Positions 1 through 10,085 are shown, counted from the first letter of the stretch. The stretch: DNA of 64,000 bases from an uncultured Boseongicola sp. (GCA_905479635.1 CAJQNG010000086.1:134-64133), one strand, 5' to 3'. The notes: generated from the letters alone by a model not told the origin. Numbers and translations are program-made.

Positions 1-633
1 GATGCGGCAGCGTTCTCAGACGGTTTGGGGGAGCGTTGGGAGGTCAGCCGCAACTACTTCAAAATGCACTCGTGCTGTCGCTACAATCACGCGGCACTAG
101 ATGCGCTGGCAACGTTGCGCGCGGCATCTGCAGGGCTGGATCACTCGGCTGTTGAGAGTGTCTTGGTCGAAACTTATTCGCTCGCAGTCGAACTGGATGA
201 CCCGGCCCCGAAGAACGTCCTGGCGGGAAAATTTTCCGTGCCGTTTGCGATGGCTTCTGCACTGGTCAACGGCTCAACCGGGGTGGATAGCTTCACCATG
301 AAGAATGTCGAGGACCCTAGGATCTTAGATCTGGCTCAACGCGTCAAGGTGGTCGAAGACGTGGCGATGACCGCACGTCTGCCCCATAAGCGCCCTGCTC
401 GTATTACACTGACGATGAAGTCTGGACAGGTATTGCAAGCGGCTACCGAGACCAACCGAGGCGACTGGTCTGACCCATTCCCAGCCGTCGAGATACGCGA
501 GAAATACCTGTCGCTCGCAACGAGACTTTGGCGCGAGGATGCTGCTATCCGCATATGGGACATGGTCATAGAAATTGGCGCAGCCCCTTCCCTTGAGCCC
601 CTATTTACTGAAATGGCGCGCGCGTCCCGCTAA
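1..633 (+). CDS. MmgE/PrpD family protein, 5'-truncated by window edge
   Basis: Frame open from base 1; FKMHSCCRYNH, AGKFSVPF and C-terminal RGDWSDP motifs match the PrpD C-terminal domain and the two paralogs at 13-17 kb. Confidence 0.85.
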   Translation, partial: DAAAFSDGLGERWEVSRNYFKMHSCCRYNHAALDALATLRAASAGLDHSAVESVLVETYSLAVELDDPAPKNVLAGKFSVPFAMASALVNGSTGVDSFTMKNVEDPRILDLAQRVKVVEDVAMTARLPHKRPARITLTMKSGQVLQAATETNRGDWSDPFPAVEIREKYLSLATRLWREDAAIRIWDMVIEIGAAPSLEPLFTEMARASR

Positions 634-657
634 CCTACTTTATAAAGGTAATTTGTC

Positions 658-1596
658 ATGAGAGAGATCGTCATTGGCGCGGCCCAAATGGGTCCCATTC
701 AACGCGCGGACACCCGCGAAGAGGTCGTGGCTCGGATGATCGCGCTGCTCGATCAGGCGCATATGGCAGGCTGCACGCTGGTGGTTTTTCCGGAGCTTTG
801 CCTCACCACCTTCTTTCCGCGCTGGTACTTCGAAGACCAAGCCGAGGTAGACACTTGGTTCGAGTCAGAAATGCCCAATGCCGAGACCCAACCCTTGTTT
901 GAGCGCGCGTGCGAACACGGCATCGCAATCTCGATTGGTTACGGAGAATTGACCCCGGATGGGCACCATTTCAACACCCAAATCCTAACGGATACACAGG
1001 CCAATATTATCGGCAAATACCGCAAAATTCACTTGCCCGGGCATGATGAGTTTGACTCCGAGCGCAGCTTTCAGCATCTCGAAAAGCGCTATTTCGAACC
1101 CGGGGATCTGGGTTTTCCGGTGTTTCGCAACATGGACGCATGGATGGGCATGTTGATCTGCAACGACCGCCGCTGGCCTGAGGCGTACCGCGAGATGGGA
1201 TTGCAGGGCGTCGAGCTGGTCGTACTGGGGTACAACACGCCCTCAGGAAACTCCCAAAATGCGGGTGAAACAGCCGAGATGCGCGGGTTTCATTCTGACC
1301 TATCGGTACAAGCAGGCGCTTACCAAAACTCCGCCTGGGTCGTGGCTGTGGCCAAGGCTGGCAACGAGGATGGTCATCCTCTGAATGGCGGCAGCGTTAT
1401 CGTGTCTCCAGACGGTGTCATCATGCAAAAGGCGCAAACCGACGGCGACGAGCTGCTGGTGCAAGCCTGCGATATGGATGCCACGAAATTTGGCAAAGCT
1501 TCGGTGTTTGATTTCAAACGTCATCGCCGGATTGAGCATTACAAACGGATCGCAAGCCAAACAGGCGTGGTCTACCCCGATGGGACGAAAGGATAA
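658..1596 (+). CDS. N-carbamoyl-D-amino acid amidohydrolase (nitrilase superfamily)
   Basis: Glu-Lys-Cys triad motifs FPEL, YRKIHLPGH, ICNDRRWPE; QHLEKRYF segment typical of D-carbamoylases; adjacent to a hydantoinase. Confidence 0.9.
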   Translation: MREIVIGAAQMGPIQRADTREEVVARMIALLDQAHMAGCTLVVFPELCLTTFFPRWYFEDQAEVDTWFESEMPNAETQPLFERACEHGIAISIGYGELTPDGHHFNTQILTDTQANIIGKYRKIHLPGHDEFDSERSFQHLEKRYFEPGDLGFPVFRNMDAWMGMLICNDRRWPEAYREMGLQGVELVVLGYNTPSGNSQNAGETAEMRGFHSDLSVQAGAYQNSAWVVAVAKAGNEDGHPLNGGSVIVSPDGVIMQKAQTDGDELLVQACDMDATKFGKASVFDFKRHRRIEHYKRIASQTGVVYPDGTKG

Positions 1597-1599
1597 TTC

Positions 1600-3048
1600 A
1601 TGGCGCATGATCTTGCGATCCGGGGTGGGCTACTGGCCACTGCAACCGAGACCTATCGCGCCGATATCGGCATCCGTGACGGGCGCATCGTCACCATATC
1701 CGAGGCGATCACAGACGCCGAGGATGTGATCAACGCCACCGACCGCATTGTAATGCCCGGCGGGATAGAGGCCCACTGCCATATCGCCCAAGAAAGCGGA
1801 ATGGGTGTCATGACCTCGGATGACTACGAGAGCGGATCAATCTCGGCGGCCTTTGGCGGAAACTCCAGTTTTATACCCTTTGCCGCGCAGAAAAAGGGCC
1901 AAAGTCTTACCAACACGATGCAAACCTATGACGCACGTGCGGCGCCAAAATCTGTTCTGGATTGGTCATACCACCTGATTCTGACCGACCCGACGAAGGC
2001 GGTTTTGGCCGAGTTACCGGAGGTTTTTGCCAAGGGTGTTACCTCGTTCAAGGTATTCATGACCTACGCGAGTCGCGTATCGGACGCGCAATTTCTTGAT
2101 ATTTTATCGGTTGCAGGCAAACACGGCGCGCTGACTATGGTGCATGCCGAGAACCACGACATGTTAGACTGGATGGCGCGCAGATTGGTTGATGGCGGCA
2201 ATGTTGCGCCGCGGTATCACGCCCCCTCGCGTCCCGGATTGGCAGAAGAAGAAGCGATCAACCGCGCGATCTCGCTGGCCCGATTGGCCGAAGCGCCACT
2301 GTTTATTGTCCATGTTTCGACGCCTGCAGGCGCGGAGCTTGTGGCAAATGCGCGGGCCAAGGGCGGTCAAGTTTGGGCCGAGACTTGCCCGCAATATTTG
2401 TTTTTGACCCGCGAGGACATCGACAAACCGGGGATGGACGGTGCAAAGTTTATTTGCTCGCCACCTTTGCGCGACGCGCCAACCCAAGCCGCGTTATGGC
2501 AGCATGTGCAGGCTGGATCATTGTCGCTTGTGTCGTCAGATCACGCGCCTTACCGCTATGATGATTCTGGGAAATTTAGTGCAGGGCGTGATGTGAACTT
2601 CCGCGAAATTGCCAATGGTATGCCCGGAATTGAGATGCGTTTGCCATTGTTGTTCTCTGAAGGCGTCGGCAAAGGTCGGATCAGCCTCAATCAGTTTGTC
2701 GCGCTGGCATCAACCAATGCTGCAATGATCTACGGCATGATGCCGCGCAAGGGCACCCTGTCTGTTGGCGCGGATGCCGATATCGCGATTTGGGATCCAA
2801 ATGAAACGCGCGTTGCCGGTGAGATGCATGACGCGATGGATTATAATCCGTTCGCGGGGATTGAGGTGACGGGCTGGCCTGTAACGGTTCTGGGACGCGG
2901 TCGGCGCATCGTGGAAAACGGCAAATTGATTGCAGAGCCTGGCTCAGGCCAGTTTATCAAACGCGCGCCCCTTGATCTGACCGGGCACCCCGGACAGCCC
3001 GTGCCGGAGCTTGATCCTGCCCAGAATTTCGGAGCGAACCTGTCATGA
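1600..3048 (+). CDS. hydA: Dihydropyrimidinase / D-hydantoinase
   Basis: PGGIEAHCH metal motif, SFKVFM (carboxylated Lys), VHAEN, ETCPQYL, SSDHAP, GADADIAIWDP. Confidence 0.88.
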   Translation: MAHDLAIRGGLLATATETYRADIGIRDGRIVTISEAITDAEDVINATDRIVMPGGIEAHCHIAQESGMGVMTSDDYESGSISAAFGGNSSFIPFAAQKKGQSLTNTMQTYDARAAPKSVLDWSYHLILTDPTKAVLAELPEVFAKGVTSFKVFMTYASRVSDAQFLDILSVAGKHGALTMVHAENHDMLDWMARRLVDGGNVAPRYHAPSRPGLAEEEAINRAISLARLAEAPLFIVHVSTPAGAELVANARAKGGQVWAETCPQYLFLTREDIDKPGMDGAKFICSPPLRDAPTQAALWQHVQAGSLSLVSSDHAPYRYDDSGKFSAGRDVNFREIANGMPGIEMRLPLLFSEGVGKGRISLNQFVALASTNAAMIYGMMPRKGTLSVGADADIAIWDPNETRVAGEMHDAMDYNPFAGIEVTGWPVTVLGRGRRIVENGKLIAEPGSGQFIKRAPLDLTGHPGQPVPELDPAQNFGANLS

Positions 3049-3707
3049 GTGGTCCAGTCCTTGTGATCAATCCAAATTCCAATCCGGCCGTAACGGCAGG
3101 TCTTGATGCCGCCATGGCGCCGTTTCGAATTGCAGGTGGCCCACCAATCGAGTGCCTGACGTTGGCTAAAGGCCCGTTCGGGATTGAAAGCCAAGCCGAT
3201 AGCGATGCTGCGGTCTCGCCCCTACTGGAGGTTATACGGGCACGCGCGGATGCTACAGCGGTCGTGATTGCTTGTTACTCCGATCCCGGCCTTGATGCGG
3301 CGCGCGAGGCAACATCGGCCCCGGTGTTCGGCATGCAAGAAAGTGGATTTCTGACCGCAATGGCGCGAGGCGATCGAATTGGAGTGATCGCCATCTCCGA
3401 AGGCTCCATTTTGCGGCATCGAAAATACCTGCGCCGGATGGGTGTATTGGATCGAATGGTAGCCGAGCGGCCCCTCAACATGTCTGTAGCCGAAACCGCG
3501 TCTGGCTCAGGGACGTTTGCGCGGCTTCAGTCTGTATCAGAGGTTTTGGTGCGCGAGGACCATGCGGATGTCATCGTGTTGGGCTGTGCGGGGCTGTCGG
3601 CTCATCGCAGAAGTTTGGAGGCCGCTTTGGGACATCCGGTTGTCGATCCGACCCAAGCCGCCGTTGCGATGGCACTTGGTACCGTTATGGTTCAGTCGAG
3701 CTTGTAG
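3045..3707 (+). CDS. Asp/Glu/hydantoin racemase family protein
   Basis: VINPNS start, IACYSDPG and VLGCAG two-cysteine motifs; ATGA overlap with hydA. Confidence 0.88.
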   Translation: MSGPVLVINPNSNPAVTAGLDAAMAPFRIAGGPPIECLTLAKGPFGIESQADSDAAVSPLLEVIRARADATAVVIACYSDPGLDAAREATSAPVFGMQESGFLTAMARGDRIGVIAISEGSILRHRKYLRRMGVLDRMVAERPLNMSVAETASGSGTFARLQSVSEVLVREDHADVIVLGCAGLSAHRRSLEAALGHPVVDPTQAAVAMALGTVMVQSSL

Positions 3708-4573
3708 TGCGCCTCAAGCGCGTCGTAGCGGTCCTTGCCCACAAGGCGTTGGCGTTCGGAGAAGTCCGCGAGTTTATCGATCACACCACCGACGTCGCCC
3801 TCGGCTTTAAGCGCGCCCAGAACCTCGCTCATCGCGCGCATGGCTGCTTGCAGAGGCGTGTTTGCATAGAGCACTATCGAGAAGCCAAGCTCGGCCAGTT
3901 CGGCCTGCGGCGTCAGAGGGGTTTTGCCTCCAACCACCATATTGGCAACCTGTGGCACACTGAGCCGTCCCGTGATCACCCGCATTTCTTCGATTGATGT
4001 CGGGGCCTCGACGAAGGTCATGTCGGCGCCAGCTTCGATGAACGCTTCAGCGCGGTCGAGTGCGGCCTCAAGCCCCTGCACGGCGCGTGCATCTGTGCGT
4101 GCGATAATTAGCGTATTGGGGTCTTCGCGCGCATCGACTGCTGCTTTAACCTTAGAGACGGCCTCAACCAGCGGGATGACAGCTTTTCCCGCGAAGTGCC
4201 CGCATTTCTTGGGGAAAACCTGATCCTCGATTTGCATCGCAGCGGCCCCGGCGCGTTCGATCATGCGCACGGTGCGCTGGGTGTTGATAGCATTGCCAAA
4301 TCCAGTGTCGATATCAACGATCAATGGAAGATCTGTGATCTCGGAGATGGCCGAAACGGTGCTGGCAAGCTCGGTCAGAGTGATCAATCCGATATCGGGC
4401 ACCCCAAGGTAGGTGTTCGCGATCCCTGCCCCGGTGACATAAACTGCATCGAACCCTTGATCCGCGATCACGCGCGCGGTCAAGGCGTTGCCTGCACCCG
4501 GCAAGATCATGGCATCACGACGCTCCATTCGGGCGCGAAAACCTTTGCGGCGATCGGCTAATGTGTCTGTCAT
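3692..4573 (-). CDS. Isocitrate lyase/PEP mutase superfamily C-C lyase (PrpB/dimethylmalate lyase-like)
   Basis: DIDTGFG, IEDQVFPKKCGH with catalytic Cys, IARTDA, FVEAP. Confidence 0.88.
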   Translation of the reverse strand: MTDTLADRRKGFRARMERRDAMILPGAGNALTARVIADQGFDAVYVTGAGIANTYLGVPDIGLITLTELASTVSAISEITDLPLIVDIDTGFGNAINTQRTVRMIERAGAAAMQIEDQVFPKKCGHFAGKAVIPLVEAVSKVKAAVDAREDPNTLIIARTDARAVQGLEAALDRAEAFIEAGADMTFVEAPTSIEEMRVITGRLSVPQVANMVVGGKTPLTPQAELAELGFSIVLYANTPLQAAMRAMSEVLGALKAEGDVGGVIDKLADFSERQRLVGKDRYDALEAHYKLD

Positions 4574-5262
4574 TGGCGCAACTCCTCATCCGTTACCCAG
4601 TCTTCGACCGCGGACCTGCTACTGCGCAAATGAGCGCGCATCGCGGCTTCGGCCGCATCTGGATCGTGCGCCCGCAAGGCGGCTACGATACATTTGTGTT
4701 CTTCGAGTGCTTCGGCCGGACGGCCCGGACGCATCGAAAGGCGGTGGCGGTATAGGCGAAGCAGCGAGTAAAGCTCACCCGCTAGCATGCCCGACAGCCG
4801 CGCATTGCCGCAGGCGGCAAGTATCACCTGATGGAAATCGCCGTCGCCGGGCTCCTGAAAATAACCGCGCCCTGCCCGCATTGCGTCCGCCTTTTCATGC
4901 GTCGCCAACATGTCTTCAAGCCGCACAAGATCTGTCTCGCCCATATTCTGGCTGGCGAGACGGCAAGCCATTCCTTCAAGGCTTTCGCGGACTTGGAGTA
5001 GGTCCAGCAGATCATCTTTTGACAGCGACACCACCCGCGCGCCCTGATTGGAGATCCGCGTGACCAGCTTACGCCCTTCGAGCTGACCAATGGCCTCACG
5101 CAGCGGCCCGCGCGAAATCCCGAACCGGCGCGCCAGACCGCTTTCGCTGAGCCGCTCACCGGGGCCCAGTTCACCTTCCATAATCGCCTTCTCGAGCCGT
5201 TCGAGCGCGAGGCCGGAAAGATTCTGCGCAACAAGGCGCTCTGATCCGTTTGTACCGCTCAA
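4570..5262 (-). CDS. GntR (FCD) transcriptional regulator
   Basis: wHTH GELGPGERLSESGLARRFGISRGPLREA, FCD motifs DFHQ and EEH; start moved to TTG overlapping the upstream stop (TTGA). Confidence 0.88.
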   Translation of the reverse strand: MSGTNGSERLVAQNLSGLALERLEKAIMEGELGPGERLSESGLARRFGISRGPLREAIGQLEGRKLVTRISNQGARVVSLSKDDLLDLLQVRESLEGMACRLASQNMGETDLVRLEDMLATHEKADAMRAGRGYFQEPGDGDFHQVILAACGNARLSGMLAGELYSLLRLYRHRLSMRPGRPAEALEEHKCIVAALRAHDPDAAEAAMRAHLRSSRSAVEDWVTDEELRQ

Positions 5263-6164
5263 GACTCTTCCTCCGCTGGCCGCTGTGACCTGAAATGCGT
5301 CGCTATCTGGCCCACGCTTGTGGACCATACCCCGTCAATCTGCGCGACTCGCCGCAATCCATCGTCGAGGTAGCGAATACGATGGGGCATTCCGAAAAGC
5401 CATGGATGTAGCCCAATGACCGCTACCCGCCCTTTCTCGCCTGCCAAAACTTGAACCGCTTCTTCCAACATTCCCGACCAGCGCGGCGTGGGAACGCGCC
5501 GGTGCCACAGGCATTCCACATCATCAAGCTCTGACATTTGCGGCACGGAGATCATCGCAGGCGTTGTCGACATCCAGTAGGGCTGATCGTCGTTGGGCCA
5601 ATGGGCGATCCACTCGATCCCCGCGCGCGCCAAAAGGGCAGCAGAGCGCGTGCTTTCGCTAAAATCCTGTGCAATCCAGCCTTTAGGGCGTGTGCCGGTG
5701 GCGCTCTGAAGCGTATCAAGACAGGTCTCGATCAAAGCGGTCTCTTCAGTCTCGGGCATGCGCGAGGTGACCATCGCATCAGCTAAATCGCCATGAGCTA
5801 CGATCTCCCAGCCTCGAAACAGCGCTTCTTCGATCAAGACCGGATACCGCTGGGCGGCGGATGCATTGACTGCAAGAGTGGCCGTCAGTTCGTATTTGTC
5901 GAGGGTTTCGAAGAGCCGGAAAATTCCGATCCGGTTGCCGTATTCACGCCAGGTATGCGTGCGGTAGTCGGGCTGGAATTTACCGTAGGGGTCGCGAAAG
6001 CGAGGATCGGCGTACCCGTCTGCTGTGGCCTCAACAGGCCAATGTTCAAGATAGACCACAGGCGCGAATGCCACGCCGGCAGCGTTCGGCCAATCGAGGG
6101 GCGCGCGTCCCGACACGCTCCGATAGGGATAAAGCGCGTGGTCCATGCCTGCCGAAGTGGTCAT
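5259..6164 (-). CDS. Polysaccharide deacetylase-fold hydrolase (PuuE-like), type B
   Basis: REYGNRIG, EIVAHG, PKGW, WPNDDQPY, LHPWLFGMPHR motifs. Confidence 0.85.
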   Translation of the reverse strand: MTTSAGMDHALYPYRSVSGRAPLDWPNAAGVAFAPVVYLEHWPVEATADGYADPRFRDPYGKFQPDYRTHTWREYGNRIGIFRLFETLDKYELTATLAVNASAAQRYPVLIEEALFRGWEIVAHGDLADAMVTSRMPETEETALIETCLDTLQSATGTRPKGWIAQDFSESTRSAALLARAGIEWIAHWPNDDQPYWMSTTPAMISVPQMSELDDVECLWHRRVPTPRWSGMLEEAVQVLAGEKGRVAVIGLHPWLFGMPHRIRYLDDGLRRVAQIDGVWSTSVGQIATHFRSQRPAEEES

Positions 6165-7039
6165 AGGGCCTCACTCCACTGATCCGACAGATACCAATCG
6201 GCAATCTCAGCACCGGTTGCCATCCAGACCTTGTCATGACTGACCACATGGCGCAGCGCTCGTTCCAGCGCGCGAATGCGGTGCGGCTGACCCATAATGT
6301 AGGGATGCAACGCGATGCAGACCACGCGGCCATGATCCGCGCCCTCGCGCCAAAGCGTATCGAAGTGATCAATCACCATCTGGGCGAAATCATCGGCCTC
6401 AAAATGGTGCCGCCAGACCATCGCGTCGTTGATATCCATTTGGTACGGCAAGGTGATGAGCTGGCCTGAGCGTACATTCATCTGTGTTGGCTGATCGTCG
6501 TGATACCAGTCGCAATAATAGCTGATCCCAGCTTCGGCTACGAGATCCGGTGTGTTCTTGGTCCAAGTGGCAGCAGGAGAGAACCAACCGCGCAACATGC
6601 GTCCCGTCAGTGTCCGGTAAATCTCGACGCATTGGCCAATCGCTTCGCGTTCGGCCTGCTCAGGCATCTCCCAATGATAGCGAGTGTTATAAAGGCCATG
6701 GGCCATGACATCCCAACCGCGCGCTTCTGAGGCTTCAAATATCTCGGGGTAGTGCAGCCAGTTGGCTAAATTGAGCGACAGCGTCAGGGGAATGCCCAGA
6801 TCATCGGTCACCTCTGCTATGCGCCAAAGCCCAACCCGATTGCCAAAATCGCGCAAGCCGTAACCCAACACATCAGGGTGCGGGGTGCGTGGCCATGCGT
6901 CGCGGCCTCCGGTGGCTGGGGGCAGGTATTCGTAGTGCTCTACGTTGGGCACAACCCAGACTGCCACGCGGGCGCCATTCGGCCAAGTTAGTCGTGGCCT
7001 GTCGGTAATGGGTTGATAAGGCACACGCTCTGAGGTCAT
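6161..7039 (-). CDS. Polysaccharide deacetylase-fold hydrolase (PuuE-like), type A
   Basis: WPNGARVAVWVVPNVEH, RDFGNRVG, RGWFSP, DDQP, LHPYIMGQPHR. Confidence 0.87.
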   Translation of the reverse strand: MTSERVPYQPITDRPRLTWPNGARVAVWVVPNVEHYEYLPPATGGRDAWPRTPHPDVLGYGLRDFGNRVGLWRIAEVTDDLGIPLTLSLNLANWLHYPEIFEASEARGWDVMAHGLYNTRYHWEMPEQAEREAIGQCVEIYRTLTGRMLRGWFSPAATWTKNTPDLVAEAGISYYCDWYHDDQPTQMNVRSGQLITLPYQMDINDAMVWRHHFEADDFAQMVIDHFDTLWREGADHGRVVCIALHPYIMGQPHRIRALERALRHVVSHDKVWMATGAEIADWYLSDQWSEAL

Positions 7040-7068
7040 GGTGCGGCCGTATTCGAAGGAGATGAAAC

Positions 7069-8454
7069 ATGGCGCACCAAGCGGATCTTGCCCTCAGAGG
7101 CGGCGTTGCTTTCCTGCCCGGATTGGGTCTTCAGCAGGCCGATATCTTGATCACGGATGGCGCGATTGCTGCCATTGCAGCGCCCGGCGCGGGTGAGGCG
7201 CGCGAGATAGTCGATGTCACTGGTCTGACGGTTCTGCCCGGTGCTGTAGACGCACATATTCATTTGGGTCACGGCATGGACATCGCCCGCCCGCGTGTGC
7301 CCGAGGATGCTAAGAGCGAAACTGGTGCGGCGGCCATTGGCGGTGTGACGAGCTTCATCTCGTTTGTCATGAGCCCCGAGCCCTATAGCCCTGTTTTCGA
7401 TGAGCTTTGCCGGATCACTGAAGCGGGTGCTCGGGTTGATTTCAGCTTTCATTTCGTGATCGCAACCGAGGATCAGTTGGCTGAATTGCCCGACCTGATC
7501 AAGCGCGGCGCACCGAGTGCAAAGCTGTTCATGAACATTCGGGGCAATGAGGGTGCGCGGCTTGGATTGCCGGGCACGGATGATGGGTTTTTGTTCCGCT
7601 TGCTGGAAGTGCTGGCGGCCAACAATGGACTCCTGTGCCCGCATCCGGAGAATATCGAAGTGGCTTGGGTTTTGCGCGACCGCGTAACGGCCGCAGACCC
7701 CGACGGCATTGGCGGACTGGCGACGTGGAACGACACGCGCCCGCCCTTTGTTGAGGCAGATGCCCTTTCGCGCGCCACCTACTTTGGCCGGATCACTGGA
7801 GCACCCGTGCATGCTGTGCACACCTCGTCTGGAGAGGCGCTCGATGCGGCTTTGCGCCAGCGCGCGGCCGGCTCGGACGTGTGTATCGAGACCTGCATCC
7901 ACTACCTGACCCACGACGTCACAAGCGCCATAGGCCCGATCGGCAAGGTCAACCCGCCGCTGCGGACCCCCGAGGATCGCGAAGCACTTTGGGCTGCGAT
8001 TGGGCGCGGAGACATCGACACGATTGCGACCGATCACATCCATCGCCCGATCAGCTGCAAAGAGGGCGGCATTTGGAAGGCGCAACCGGGCTTTCCCGGT
8101 CTCGACGCGTTCCTGCCGGCCATTTTGACCTACGGGCACGACAAGCGCGGCCTGCCTTTGGACAAACTCATTCCATTGGTCAGCGAGAACCCTGCCCGCC
8201 GTATGGGTTTGAACACCAAAGGCGCGCTGCGCCCGGGTGCGGACGCAGATATCGCGGTGGTCGATTTGAACGCTGACTGGGTAGTCGGCAAGGATAACCT
8301 TGGGACCGACGCGGGCTATTCTATCTATGAGGGCGAACGCATGAGTGCGCGGGTCGTCCATACGATGACGCGCGGACGATTTGCCTTGCGCGACGGCGCG
8401 CTCCAAGCCGATGCGGTGGGAACTGGGCGGTTTGTGGTCCGCGAGATCACGTAA
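7069..8454 (+). CDS. Cyclic amidohydrolase (dihydroorotase/allantoinase/hydantoinase family)
   Basis: PGAVDAHIH, KVNPPLR, ATDH, GADADIAVVD; AAGGAG RBS upstream. Confidence 0.87.
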   Translation: MAHQADLALRGGVAFLPGLGLQQADILITDGAIAAIAAPGAGEAREIVDVTGLTVLPGAVDAHIHLGHGMDIARPRVPEDAKSETGAAAIGGVTSFISFVMSPEPYSPVFDELCRITEAGARVDFSFHFVIATEDQLAELPDLIKRGAPSAKLFMNIRGNEGARLGLPGTDDGFLFRLLEVLAANNGLLCPHPENIEVAWVLRDRVTAADPDGIGGLATWNDTRPPFVEADALSRATYFGRITGAPVHAVHTSSGEALDAALRQRAAGSDVCIETCIHYLTHDVTSAIGPIGKVNPPLRTPEDREALWAAIGRGDIDTIATDHIHRPISCKEGGIWKAQPGFPGLDAFLPAILTYGHDKRGLPLDKLIPLVSENPARRMGLNTKGALRPGADADIAVVDLNADWVVGKDNLGTDAGYSIYEGERMSARVVHTMTRGRFALRDGALQADAVGTGRFVVREIT

Positions 8455-8461
8455 GGCGGGC

Positions 8462-9838
8462 TCAGACACGGCGGCCCCGCACGGCATAGAGCCGCCCTTG
8501 GTGGCAAGCGTCGCCCGTCAACAGGGTGGCGTCGCCAGTAGCCTCGGCACCGATGCCGCATTCCTCAACGATCTCGAACCGCGCGGCGATCCAAGCGGCA
8601 ACGTCGCGTGCGGCCAGCGGTGTGAACGGGCCTTGGTTGGGGATTTGGGCCTTTGACTCTGTCTCCAGCCAAAGCGCGCCATAGGCGGAACTTATGTTGC
8701 GCGTGCTTGCGATGATCGTGCCGCCGGGTGCCAGCACACGTGCCGCTTCGTCCAAGAACGCGGCCGGGTCCGGCATGTGTTCGAGCACTTGAGGCAATAC
8801 CACCAAATCAATCGAGCCATCTGCGTAAGCAAGCTTGCCGTTTGGCATCAAATCGAATGTGACGTGGGCGAGGTTGTTCCCCTCACGGCGCAGTCGTTCT
8901 TCGATGAAGCTGAGATTGTTTGGCGAAAGCTCGGCCACTGAGAAGCGCACATCAGGTCCAAGCCGGTCCAAAAGCACGGTTGTCGTTGTCCCGCCCCATG
9001 GCATGATCTCGACGACGCGCGCGCCGGGTTTCACCTCCCCCAGCAATCCATGCTCGGCCTCAAGCGCATCGCCTTGCCTGCGCGACACATAAACCCCCGC
9101 TAATGGAGATTTTGCCCAAACCGAGTAACCGCGAAAATCGCCAATCTGATCCCAGCTCCATTCCGTAGGGTTCCACTGGGCGAATGGATTGGAATCGTTT
9201 CTAATTTCCCAAAACGGATAGGTATCTGCCTGTTTGACCGGGTAGAGGCTTGCGGCTGGGCGTTCGAATCGCTCCCACGAGAAAATCTCGGAAACGGGTC
9301 TGCGCGGTGCCTTCATTTTGGGCGCTGTGCTTTTTGCTCGACCAATAGCGAGCGCTCCGATCACATCGAAGGTCTGGGGCAAACCGATCATTTCGCGCAA
9401 AGCTGCCTGATCGCCGATGCCTGCATTCCAGATGCATTGGAACCCGCGCAAATGCGCCGACAGCATCATGTGATAGCATGCCCCCGCAACCGACTGCACG
9501 ATGGAGAAGTTGCCATGGGTCCAGCCCTTCTGGAAGCACAGATAAATCAGGGCGGAGCATTCGGCAAAGTGGTGGTTCCCACCGGAAATATCACGCGCGC
9601 GCTCTTTGCGGACCGGATCGGCCACAATAATAAAGTGCCAGTTTTGCTGATTGCACGAAGAAGGCGCTTCAACGCCGTCGCGAACGATATCTTCGAGGGT
9701 TTCTGGCGCGATCATGGAGCTGTCAAAGTCGCGGCACGACGCGCGCATTGCCAACTTATCGAGTAGGTTTCGCACCTCGGCGGCAGGGGCTTGCGGCTTG
9801 GCCGCACGGGCATCTTGGCGCAAATTGGTCAAAATCAA
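8462..9838 (-). CDS. Nitroreductase-family domain fused to class I methyltransferase-like domain
   Basis: N-half RASCRDF...APSSCNQQNWHF; C-half DGSIDLVVLPQVLEHMPDP...RVLAPGG; start codon uncertain. Confidence 0.75.
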   Translation of the reverse strand: MILTNLRQDARAAKPQAPAAEVRNLLDKLAMRASCRDFDSSMIAPETLEDIVRDGVEAPSSCNQQNWHFIIVADPVRKERARDISGGNHHFAECSALIYLCFQKGWTHGNFSIVQSVAGACYHMMLSAHLRGFQCIWNAGIGDQAALREMIGLPQTFDVIGALAIGRAKSTAPKMKAPRRPVSEIFSWERFERPAASLYPVKQADTYPFWEIRNDSNPFAQWNPTEWSWDQIGDFRGYSVWAKSPLAGVYVSRRQGDALEAEHGLLGEVKPGARVVEIMPWGGTTTTVLLDRLGPDVRFSVAELSPNNLSFIEERLRREGNNLAHVTFDLMPNGKLAYADGSIDLVVLPQVLEHMPDPAAFLDEAARVLAPGGTIIASTRNISSAYGALWLETESKAQIPNQGPFTPLAARDVAAWIAARFEIVEECGIGAEATGDATLLTGDACHQGRLYAVRGRRV

Positions 9839-9890
9839 ATCCCCCCAAACTAAATGTCATCGTTGACAAGTCTTCGTCAGGTTCGCAAAA

Positions 9891-9905
9891 CTGTCAACAG
9901 TTGAC
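9891..9905. promoter_or_regulatory. Putative GntR operator, copy 1
   Basis: CTGTCAACAGTTGAC (palindrome GTCAAC-A-GTTGAC) between divergent genes; related TGTCA-N4-TGACA at 9855-9868. Confidence 0.7.
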
Positions 9906-10085
9906 CGATTGGGTATGGGAGAGTTCTAATCACTGGAAAACAATATTTTCCGGACGATGTCCTTAACCATCAGAGGAAAGGATTTTTTCTATTGCAGAAA
10001 TATTTGCCACCTCTGTACCGATCAGGTTTTCAATGAAAACAAACCGACCGCCCGGAACGGGCGGCAGATAACTAGGGAGACGTTC

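Noticed and set aside
3692-4573. Phosphonate biosynthesis via PEP mutase (also 23735-24598)
   Set aside because: Both carry the K(K/R)CGH lyase motif rather than the PEP mutase EDK...NS motif
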